Source: a virus. From it: 64,000 nucleotides of DNA. The position numbers and the translations under genes were made by a program. Positions 16,695 through 24,574 of the stretch are shown one piece after another (position 1 is the stretch's first letter; the number at the start of each line of letters is the position of its first letter). The notes beneath the pieces are model-generated. The model saw only the letters and a list, made by a program, of their open reading frames with translations, was not told the origin of the DNA and searched no databases. The DNA is taken from the IMG/VR virus record IMGVR_UViG_3300021197_000868, positions 1 through 64,000 of that record. One strand, 5' to 3'.

Positions 16695-18179
16695 TTGCCT
16701 AAAGACCCTGAGACGGTTGAGAAGTTTTGGAACGTCCTTGCTGGCGCTGGATTAAGAGCACTCGCTGGTAAGAAAGCAACACAAGTTGCTGGGGGAGCGG
16801 CTCTTGGTGGTTTAGCATCTACTGCTGGAAGCGCCGCTACTTCCGCTGGGGCCGCTGCTGGTAAAAAGGGACTGAAGGCTAAGATTGCTGATAAGGTAGA
16901 AGAAGTTAAAGAAAATCCTAAGATGCAAATGCTAGGCGCTGCTCAACAAAGTCTTGACCAAAATCGCATGGCTGCTGAGCAGCAGAAAAGGGACCAACAG
17001 CAACGTGCATCTGAAATGGCACGTTCTAAAGCAGACACGAGTACAGGCGGTGCATTCTCTAAGGCTTGGATGACAATGAAAGGGCAGACGTTTCATCCTA
17101 GTATTGTAGAACATCTCAAAGAGAGAACACCTAGGAGAGGTGAAGTTGAAGTTGCCCCAAGACCTTCTCCTTTTCCAAATCAACCTGATGAGCCTGTAGA
17201 TGTAGAGACTCAACGTGGTACACCCGCTGTAGACGAGCAGGGATTTACAACTCTACCTCAGCAACAAAGTGATGCTATTCAACCCGGTGATATGCCAAGA
17301 GGTAGTGCTAAAAAGATAGCAGTGGGTGGTACACAACCCATAGGTAATTTAAACCATACAATGTTTTTCAATAGAGGTCATCTCCGAGAGCGTGAAAATA
17401 GATTAGAAGGTGAAGGAGACGAAGTAAAAGAAATTATGTCACATTACGCTTCTAAACTAATAGGACCTGATGGTAGATATTTACCAAATGCTAATAAAAC
17501 GGTATCTGTTAAAACTCATCATTTAGATAAACCTAGAACAGCAGCGGATGGGAGTAGAGGTGATACGATAGTTGCTACTATAAGACCACATGATAATCAC
17601 CCTGATTATCCTCAATTACATACTGTGATGTATAGAGGTTCTAATCAACCATTTGACCTTGAATGGGCTAAGCGTTTCAATGTTGGAAAAATAATCAACC
17701 ATGTTAGGAAAGTTAGGCTTAAAAATAGGCTTAAAAAGTCTGAAAACTTGAATAGTATACTGGTTAAAGAAAGAAAAACCCCTGAAGCGATGAGACATAA
17801 GCGTGAATATGATGCTCAGTATAACAAACGCCCTACTCAAGTTAAGTATCGTGAGGACTTAAATCGTGAGCGCCGCCGCCGTGGAATCATGGGAAGTCAT
17901 GACCATATGGATGTTAGTCATACTCAAGGTGGAAAACTCACATTAGAGCCTGAACACTCCAATAGGGCTAGACATTGGAAGGATAAAGGTACACTGAGAG
18001 TAGTGAAGTCAATGAAAGATGATTTAGAATTACTTCGTAATCTACTTCAGGGACCAATGGATGAGCAAGACAAAAAAATCGCTGACGCTACTTTGACAAT
18101 GCTTGAAGAGCAAGACAATGACGAGGAAGAGGAAGAATTATCTCGACCACTTCACGGTGGCGGTCATCTATTTGTATAA
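16695..18179 (+). CDS. Modular protein with an internal tag (GAFSKAWMTMK) and a degenerate HNH-like module
   Basis: GGTGA RBS with TTG start; EYDAQY...R..LNRERR...MDVSH...SNRAR resembles small phage HNH-like domains. Confidence 0.7.
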   Translation: MPKDPETVEKFWNVLAGAGLRALAGKKATQVAGGAALGGLASTAGSAATSAGAAAGKKGLKAKIADKVEEVKENPKMQMLGAAQQSLDQNRMAAEQQKRDQQQRASEMARSKADTSTGGAFSKAWMTMKGQTFHPSIVEHLKERTPRRGEVEVAPRPSPFPNQPDEPVDVETQRGTPAVDEQGFTTLPQQQSDAIQPGDMPRGSAKKIAVGGTQPIGNLNHTMFFNRGHLRERENRLEGEGDEVKEIMSHYASKLIGPDGRYLPNANKTVSVKTHHLDKPRTAADGSRGDTIVATIRPHDNHPDYPQLHTVMYRGSNQPFDLEWAKRFNVGKIINHVRKVRLKNRLKKSENLNSILVKERKTPEAMRHKREYDAQYNKRPTQVKYREDLNRERRRRGIMGSHDHMDVSHTQGGKLTLEPEHSNRARHWKDKGTLRVVKSMKDDLELLRNLLQGPMDEQDKKIADATLTMLEEQDNDEEEEELSRPLHGGGHLFV

Positions 18180-18290
18180 TATACGTATATGCGAGATTAA
18201 GGTTGTATAGGTAATATAGTTATTATTATATTATACTGTTATTATTACAATATATAGTAAAGACAAATATCTTTACAACCTTTACAACTT
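18175..18290. repeat. AT-rich origin-like element, copy B (inverted relative to copy A)
   Basis: TATACGTATAT 18180-18190; 25/26 match to the block-2 reverse complement at 18202-18227; 17/17 match at 18274-18290. Confidence 0.8.
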
Positions 18291-18319
18291 AATCAGGAAT
18301 GTTTATCACTACCTAATCA

Positions 18320-18910
18320 ATGGCCTCACCAGTGACCCCTATGGATGATGATGTACAACACGAGGCTGAAATACGCCTTCTTGGACTAATACTTGCTCAA
18401 TCTGCTTTGGTCGGTGTGTCAATAGGTGTCTTCGATGCTGAAGTATGGCTTGAGAACACCACACCTGTGCTAAACGGACTTACATATGCTATGAGTGCAT
18501 TCTTTGTACAAGGTATAGCATATTACATGTTCAAGGTATTCTTTGAAAGGGGTATGAGAGAGCGTGCTCGTAGTGGTCAACTTGAGCGTGACCGTAATTA
18601 CAAGTACCGCTCAATGCAGCAAAACTTCGACTCACGAAGAAATGAAATGGAAATGCGAGTTCAAGAGGCTCAACTCGAAAGAGAGTTACGTTGGATGGAA
18701 GCAAACCCCGGTCAAATGCCACCATCTTGGGGAGTACCCGGAGGAGCACCTTCTATTGTTAGTAGTTATGACCAGCAGCAAATAGATGCTTCTCGTATTC
18801 CTCATCATTCTGCTAAAAACCCTACTCCGTTAACTTTAGGTATCTCTGATGAGGAGGTTCCCTTGAAGAAAGATGGTACTCCTGATAAAAGATATGAAAA
18901 GAAATCATGA
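18320..18910 (+). CDS. Two-TM membrane protein with a cytoplasmic coiled coil
   Basis: Two hydrophobic helices followed by an R/E/Q-rich coil. Confidence 0.8.
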   Translation: MASPVTPMDDDVQHEAEIRLLGLILAQSALVGVSIGVFDAEVWLENTTPVLNGLTYAMSAFFVQGIAYYMFKVFFERGMRERARSGQLERDRNYKYRSMQQNFDSRRNEMEMRVQEAQLERELRWMEANPGQMPPSWGVPGGAPSIVSSYDQQQIDASRIPHHSAKNPTPLTLGISDEEVPLKKDGTPDKRYEKKS

Positions 18911-18923
18911 GTGGGGAATATGA

Positions 18924-19178
18924 ATGGGTCGTATTTTCAAAACGCCTTCAGATAACGCTACTGAAGAAACTCTACGTGCTATCCATATCGCTAATACAGT
19001 AGATACTGCTTATGAGCGTACGTGGGGCTGGATTAAAACAATACTAGCATCACTTCTAACGGCGTTAGTTATTAGTGCTATTGAATTAAAAAACCCTGAT
19101 TATAGTCTGTGGGAATCTACAGTAGAATGGGCTGTCGATAAATTATATGATTTAGCCTCGTGGTTAAAGTGGTGGTAG
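18924..19178 (+). CDS. Small membrane protein
   Basis: WIKTILASLLTALVISAI helix; Trp-rich amphipathic C-terminus. Confidence 0.75.
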   Translation: MGRIFKTPSDNATEETLRAIHIANTVDTAYERTWGWIKTILASLLTALVISAIELKNPDYSLWESTVEWAVDKLYDLASWLKWW

Positions 19179-19179
19179 T

Positions 19180-19905
19180 ATGGTTGAGCCAGCAGGGACG
19201 GCATTGGTTGGCGCTGCCGTGTGGGGTCAAGCCCTATACCACTCGTGGCGACCAAGAAAGGTCGGAATCTACGGAGCACCCCAAGTTGGTAAAACAACCC
19301 TTGACCGATACATGACTACTCCGGGTGAAATGGAAGCCATACCGGATGAAGAGCGTACTGAGCATGGAAGAGTCTTTGGGTTAGTAGGTCCTTACAAAAT
19401 GCCAAAACCTACTCGTAAAAGAATAGGTTGGCATGGTGAGAAAAGAGTTGTATTTTCATCAGATATTGGCGGGCAAGAGCGTTTTTGGAACTTATGGATA
19501 GAAGATGCTGTCACACGTAAAGTAGAAGCGATAGTCTACATGTTTGATGATAGAGCATTCAAGGGTGGGGATGAAAGTCTACAGCAAATAGCAGGGTTTC
19601 GTTTTCTTGTAGACAGACTGATAAAACGAGATTATCGTTACCGCTCTTTACGTTCACGTCTTAGAGGAAGGCGTTATCATCCTAGGGTGGTTATGTTAGT
19701 CGCTAATAAGGCTGATAGATTCTTTGATGATACTGCTTCTAAATTATGGCATGATGGTAGAATAGGCGAGCATAAAGTGTTCGACCCCTTCCGTGATGAC
19801 TTGATTAGGTTACAAAAAGCAGGTATTCCTACTAAGCGTTCATTTATGGCTACACGTATAGGTTGGAACGTGGAAAAAACCATGTTAGACTTACTCACCT
19901 CATGA
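19180..19905 (+). CDS. Ras/Arf-superfamily small GTPase
   Basis: G1 GAPQVGKT, G3 DIGGQERF, G4 NKAD; hydrophobic/amphipathic N-terminal extension. Confidence 0.88.
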   Translation: MVEPAGTALVGAAVWGQALYHSWRPRKVGIYGAPQVGKTTLDRYMTTPGEMEAIPDEERTEHGRVFGLVGPYKMPKPTRKRIGWHGEKRVVFSSDIGGQERFWNLWIEDAVTRKVEAIVYMFDDRAFKGGDESLQQIAGFRFLVDRLIKRDYRYRSLRSRLRGRRYHPRVVMLVANKADRFFDDTASKLWHDGRIGEHKVFDPFRDDLIRLQKAGIPTKRSFMATRIGWNVEKTMLDLLTS

Positions 19906-19952
19906 TAGACCTTTCAGGAAGCCTTTTAATTGAATTACTTATGGTGAATGTT

Positions 19953-20135
19953 ATGGGAAGGAATGTCGTCACCACTACTTTGCACGCTGCATCTTCTAAA
20001 ACTAGCAGTTTACGCACTACTGTACCTATGTGGATAATAAACCAATTCGGTCTTAAAGCAGGTGACGATGTTAACTGGAAACTTCATGTTAAAGATGGAG
20101 AAATGATTGTAATTATGGCTCCTGTGGAAGAGTGA
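19953..20135 (+). CDS. AbrB/MazE/SpoVT-type DNA-binding protein
   Basis: SLRTTVPMWIINQFGLKAGDDVNW matches the swapped-hairpin pattern; start moved to 19953 (GGTGA RBS). Confidence 0.75.
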   Translation: MGRNVVTTTLHAASSKTSSLRTTVPMWIINQFGLKAGDDVNWKLHVKDGEMIVIMAPVEE

Positions 20136-20139
20136 TAGA

Positions 20140-21069
20140 ATGTTCACTAGACAACCTCAACAACAAATGACTGAAGCGCAGATAAGTACACTGGCTATGC
20201 AGGGTAACGAGCAACTCACTCAGGCTGCTTTAAGCGAAATGATGAGTGCTCAACAGGCCATGCAGCAAGTTGCTAGTCATCAAAACATTGAAGTTCCTAA
20301 AGTTAACTTCTTCCCTAGTAGACACCCTGACCCTAGAAAAGCAAGAAGGCAAGATATTAAGCAAGCGTATAAGTTACTACGTCCTGCACAACGTGGTAAG
20401 TTAAGCCCTCTAAGGTGGTTTGGTAACAGGTATCGTTACAATAAAGACACCGCTGTCTGTGTTGTTGATGGTTGTAACGTAGCAGAACTGATTAAACATG
20501 ATAATCTATACATGCGAATCTGTGATGAAGATACAGGTCGTAGTTTGTGGGAAATGTATTGGCAGAATCCAGTAACTGGTGAGCCTGAGGCCTTCATCGC
20601 TCGTGACAAAGTAACAGGGGGTAAGAAAATGCGTGGAACTTATTGTCCTGAACATTTACATCTCTATCACTTACTAACCAAGTGGGAAGCAGAAGAGGAT
20701 AAGCAAAATGAAATGAACCCTAATCGCTTACGTGATAAAGTTAAGCGTGGAGTTTCTATAGTCACTGTACCTATTTCTGCTGTTAAGCAGAAAGACCCTC
20801 AACCTGCTATGTTACAGAAGTACGAGCCATTCTTTGCTGAATTGGAAAGAGATGCTGGTAAAACTAAGGGGATTAGTATTCTTAATTATAAGAATCCAGC
20901 CACTGGTATAAATGATGTTACAATGGTAGTATTTGATTTACGCATCTTCCAAAATGAAATGGAGCAAATGAATATGCCTACTGCTGAGTTTCAAGCCCTC
21001 TTAACACAGCAACAAAATCTAATCCAACAGCCAAACCTTGATGTTGAAGGACTTAGTGGACAGGTGTGA
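20140..21069 (+). CDS. Hypothetical protein (Q-rich ends, Cys/His Zn-like core)
   Basis: CVVDGC...YCPEH. Confidence 0.75.
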   Translation: MFTRQPQQQMTEAQISTLAMQGNEQLTQAALSEMMSAQQAMQQVASHQNIEVPKVNFFPSRHPDPRKARRQDIKQAYKLLRPAQRGKLSPLRWFGNRYRYNKDTAVCVVDGCNVAELIKHDNLYMRICDEDTGRSLWEMYWQNPVTGEPEAFIARDKVTGGKKMRGTYCPEHLHLYHLLTKWEAEEDKQNEMNPNRLRDKVKRGVSIVTVPISAVKQKDPQPAMLQKYEPFFAELERDAGKTKGISILNYKNPATGINDVTMVVFDLRIFQNEMEQMNMPTAEFQALLTQQQNLIQQPNLDVEGLSGQV

Positions 21070-21746
21070 GCCGGATGTATAATTTCAGTCAAAACTCGCA
21101 ACAAAACGTTGGATTGAACTTGTCAGCAACAGGTGCTCCTACTGTTGGTCATCAACAACAGCAATACTCAGGATTAGGTATTAATCAACCACAACAACCT
21201 GTTGGGCTAATGGCAGGAATCCTTCAGGGTAGTGGTACTCAGCAGCATTTTAATCAAGCACAGCAGCAGTATAATCAAATACAGCAGCAACAGCAAATGG
21301 CTCCTCCGAGTGAAATGGAAATACTAAACGCCTTACTTCAATCTCAAAACCCCCTACATCGTTTTATTGCTACAGGTGGACTTGGCGCTGTGATTGAATT
21401 AATAGCAACAGCAACCTCTCTTTCTTTGATAACTATCCTAAAAGATGCCTCGTTTGTGATAGATGAAGATGAAGGAGTCGGTAAAATGGATATGACTTCT
21501 TTACCTGATAATCTAAAAACACTCAGTTCTGAAAATGTATCAATGTTGCTTAATAACCTTGTAAATAATAGCACTCAAACTATCCAACAGGCTGAAATGC
21601 AGCGTCAGCAAATCTTGGCTCTTAGTCAGCAGTCGGCTATGGGTGGTGCTCTTCAAGCAGCATTAGCAGATGAAGGCACGATGACTAAAATTGGCGGTGG
21701 TATTGGTAGTGTCGCTCGCTCTTTCATGGGACTACCAAAACAATAA
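21066..21746 (+). CDS. Q-rich protein with a hydrophobic segment
   Basis: ORF track; GLGAVIELIATATSLSLITIL. Confidence 0.75.
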   Translation: MSRMYNFSQNSQQNVGLNLSATGAPTVGHQQQQYSGLGINQPQQPVGLMAGILQGSGTQQHFNQAQQQYNQIQQQQQMAPPSEMEILNALLQSQNPLHRFIATGGLGAVIELIATATSLSLITILKDASFVIDEDEGVGKMDMTSLPDNLKTLSSENVSMLLNNLVNNSTQTIQQAEMQRQQILALSQQSAMGGALQAALADEGTMTKIGGGIGSVARSFMGLPKQ

Positions 21747-21755
21747 GGTGATTAT

Positions 21756-22007
21756 ATGGGACTAAAAGAAAATACAGATGAAATGTTTAGAGGGATTACT
21801 TATGCTAGTGCCCAAGTATTGTCACCAAGACGCTCGGTGATTACTGATATGATAATGGTACAATTCATCAGCATGATAATCACCTTTACATTGATTCTCT
21901 TTCTCAAAGGAGGCGACTTACCGACTAGTTCAGTTTCAGTCTTCCTTGTCGGAATCATGATTGCTTTCTTGGGACTCGGGAACGTCTACGGGCGCATCAC
22001 CAAGTGA
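21756..22007 (+). CDS. Small two-TM membrane protein (holin-like topology)
   Basis: Two TM helices; GGTGA RBS. Confidence 0.7.
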   Translation: MGLKENTDEMFRGITYASAQVLSPRRSVITDMIMVQFISMIITFTLILFLKGGDLPTSSVSVFLVGIMIAFLGLGNVYGRITK

Positions 22008-22235
22008 CCATTTACCTAAAGGACACTCCATTGATGGAGATAAGGCTTTTATCTTTACAAAGCAGCCACATTTTCGGCATATATCTAATGCTTTTAGAGA
22101 GTAAATACACTTGCTACATTCATTTAATCTCTGCATGTAAATCGCTTTACTGACCCTATTTTTTTGCTTTAGGTCTTTGGCTGTTGTGACTATATCAGAG
22201 ACTTGCCGAGGGACTCGCTTAAAACGTCTGAACAT
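21936..22235 (-). CDS. Cys-rich protein, DUF6171-like
   Basis: RLNECSKC...CRKCGCFVKIK......CPLGKW pattern; GGAGG RBS; the only minus-strand gene in the late arm. Confidence 0.65.
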   Translation of the reverse strand: MFRRFKRVPRQVSDIVTTAKDLKQKNRVSKAIYMQRLNECSKCIYSLKALDICRKCGCFVKIKALSPSMECPLGKWSLGDAPVDVPESQESNHDSDKED

Positions 22236-22296
22236 ATACCTCCGTAGGGTTAAACTAAGAAAAGGGTTATGGGCGATGCTGCTTTAGAAGGTAAAC

Positions 22297-22983
22297 ATGG
22301 GACCAGCGGAGCGTGTAACTAAACGCTCTTGTGCGTTCTGTCAACACCCTAGTCGTGATGAGTTGGAGAAGGGTCTTACACTCGGTGAAATCTCATCTAA
22401 GCAACTTGACCAAGACATGGGTTGGAGGCATAACACAAGTGACCGACATTATCGAAATCATATGGGTCAATTTCATATGGCTGCTAATCCTCAATGTAAG
22501 ATTTGTGCTGACCCTCGACGTGCTGAGTTTGAGCAAAGATATTTTGCAGATGGCTCAGAATCTGAAGTGATTGCTGTTGAGTTAGGAGTACGTGAAGAAA
22601 CCGTATATCATCACATGAAGCACCATTTCCAACCGCTAGTTCAAAGAGCAGCAGTCTCTGAGGTCACAATGGTAGTAGGGGAGGAAATGAATGCACTCAG
22701 GTCAAATGTCGAATTACTCAACCATAAATTGTCTGAATTGCTCGATGAGGGAAGTGTCCATGAAGATGGGTTTGTTAGAGATGCGGTGTCTCTGCACAAA
22801 GAAGTCAGAGAGTCGATAAAGGACTTAATGAAAATGCAAGAGAGTTGGGGCCCTACTACTGAGAATGGAGAAGTGCATAATACCATCAACATTCTCAAAG
22901 TTGAACTTGGTAAAGAAAGCCCTGAATCTTGGGCTAGGATTAGAAAGAAATTAATAGACCATGTAGAGGAGGGAGCATTGTGA
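22297..22983 (+). CDS. Putative terminase small subunit (tandem Zn-finger/HTH plus coiled coil)
   Basis: Two CxxC...H..H repeats with HTH-like spacing, oligomerisation helices, position upstream of TerL. Confidence 0.55.
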   Translation: MGPAERVTKRSCAFCQHPSRDELEKGLTLGEISSKQLDQDMGWRHNTSDRHYRNHMGQFHMAANPQCKICADPRRAEFEQRYFADGSESEVIAVELGVREETVYHHMKHHFQPLVQRAAVSEVTMVVGEEMNALRSNVELLNHKLSELLDEGSVHEDGFVRDAVSLHKEVRESIKDLMKMQESWGPTTENGEVHNTINILKVELGKESPESWARIRKKLIDHVEEGAL

Positions 22984-23378
22984 TGGAAGTACCAGTTCCT
23001 GACCTTTTACAGGTTACTCATCCGGGTTACAGTATAGTGATGGGTCGCCCTAATTTAAGTGATAGTAACATTCTAATTCTTGTTGACTTCGCTAAATGCC
23101 TAACTGAAAGGTTTGAACATTATGGTAAGGTCGATGTATCTTCACCTGACATATTTGAACTACTTCAACAATCATTTAACCTGTTATTGAATAATGATGA
23201 CCCTCAGCAAGTTATACCTGTTAGATTTTTCACTGCTCGTCTTCTTGAAGAGTTTGAGAGTATGGTATCTAATATGTGTCAAGCGTTCCCTATCAATCCC
23301 ATAATAAAAACTGTCTACAATGACCTTAGTGAATTACTCTTTGAATCTCTTACTGAATTATCAGGAGGTGAACTTTGA
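22980..23378 (+). CDS. Hypothetical protein
   Basis: ORF track; coupled. Confidence 0.7.
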   Translation: MMEVPVPDLLQVTHPGYSIVMGRPNLSDSNILILVDFAKCLTERFEHYGKVDVSSPDIFELLQQSFNLLLNNDDPQQVIPVRFFTARLLEEFESMVSNMCQAFPINPIIKTVYNDLSELLFESLTELSGGEL

Positions 23379-24574
23379 TGACTGGAGGAATGATGGGGCG
23401 AACCTCTGATACTCGAATGTATGCTCCTCGCTCAGAATCATCACACATGTTCCGTGCTAACCACGAAGATGAGCGTACACCTACTGGTAATGAAGACCCT
23501 CGTGATAAGGAAGCCAAAATGGACAAGCGTCAGAAAAAGAAGGAGATGGAGGAGGAAGAAGATAAGAAAATCCGTCACATCAAAGTACGCCGTCATCACA
23601 TAGGTGTTGGTAAACCTAACGACATCGGAGAGGAAGGAGAAGAAGAGTCTGAGTTCAAACCTCGTGAAAGCCCATCTGAACCTACTCAACCGGCTGGTGC
23701 TGGTGGATTCCTAACCAGTCTTGCTATGGGCGCTAAAGGTCCCGGTGCTGCTGGCGGTCAATCTATTCAGATGAGTGAACCGATGGAGCACGCTTGGTCT
23801 GAGATTCTAAAGTCAAAGCGTAAGAAGGAGAAGAAAAAGAAGACCGAGGAGCGTGCAAAGTGGCGACCTTCTACTGGTAAGTTTAAGCGACCTCGTGGTG
23901 GTTACACTGGTCGCTCAGGTACATCTGCTCGTGCTAAACTATTATCTCGTAATCTCCCTATGGGTCGTAAAACCGGCTTAATGCGAGCACACCCTTCAGT
24001 TGAGTTTTCACATCGTGGTATCGCTAGTAAGCAACCAATGTCGAAAGACCCTCAAGCATATGGTCAATGGAAAGGTTACCAAGAGCAACAAAATATAATG
24101 GGTCAAGTTAGACCAATATCAGGTGCTAGATTACCGATGGGTCAAGTAAACATGCCTCGTGCTCCACGTCCAAGATTGCATCCAGTTCGTGCTCCTCCTA
24201 TTCAACCACCTAGACTTCGTGCGCCTAGTTTGAACAGACCTAAAATGCCGGGTATGGTTACAATGAGTGAAGACCCTGTACCTGAAGGCGGTCTTCTAAA
24301 AGGTAGAGGTCAAAATCCTTACCTTCTCGCTGAGGCTCGACAGGCTATCATAGCATTGAAGAAACTCATGAGAGAGGTAAAAGACAAAGACAGTAAGAAA
24401 AAAGGTAAAGGTACTCCTGACACAAGTGGGGCTTCTTCTAATTTACCTAACCATCCAGCAAATAATCCAAAACAAACTACCAACCCTGAAGGCCCTACTG
24501 AAAGCGATACAGATGCTCGTCAATTTGGACTTGACCCTAGAGGAGTAGCAGGACGTGGGAGCGGGAGAGTATGA
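23375..24574 (+). CDS. Basic low-complexity protein with an internal tag (MSEPMEHAWSEILK at 23771)
   Basis: GGAGGTGA RBS; K/R/P-rich segments after the tag. Confidence 0.75.
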   Translation: MMTGGMMGRTSDTRMYAPRSESSHMFRANHEDERTPTGNEDPRDKEAKMDKRQKKKEMEEEEDKKIRHIKVRRHHIGVGKPNDIGEEGEEESEFKPRESPSEPTQPAGAGGFLTSLAMGAKGPGAAGGQSIQMSEPMEHAWSEILKSKRKKEKKKKTEERAKWRPSTGKFKRPRGGYTGRSGTSARAKLLSRNLPMGRKTGLMRAHPSVEFSHRGIASKQPMSKDPQAYGQWKGYQEQQNIMGQVRPISGARLPMGQVNMPRAPRPRLHPVRAPPIQPPRLRAPSLNRPKMPGMVTMSEDPVPEGGLLKGRGQNPYLLAEARQAIIALKKLMREVKDKDSKKKGKGTPDTSGASSNLPNHPANNPKQTTNPEGPTESDTDARQFGLDPRGVAGRGSGRV

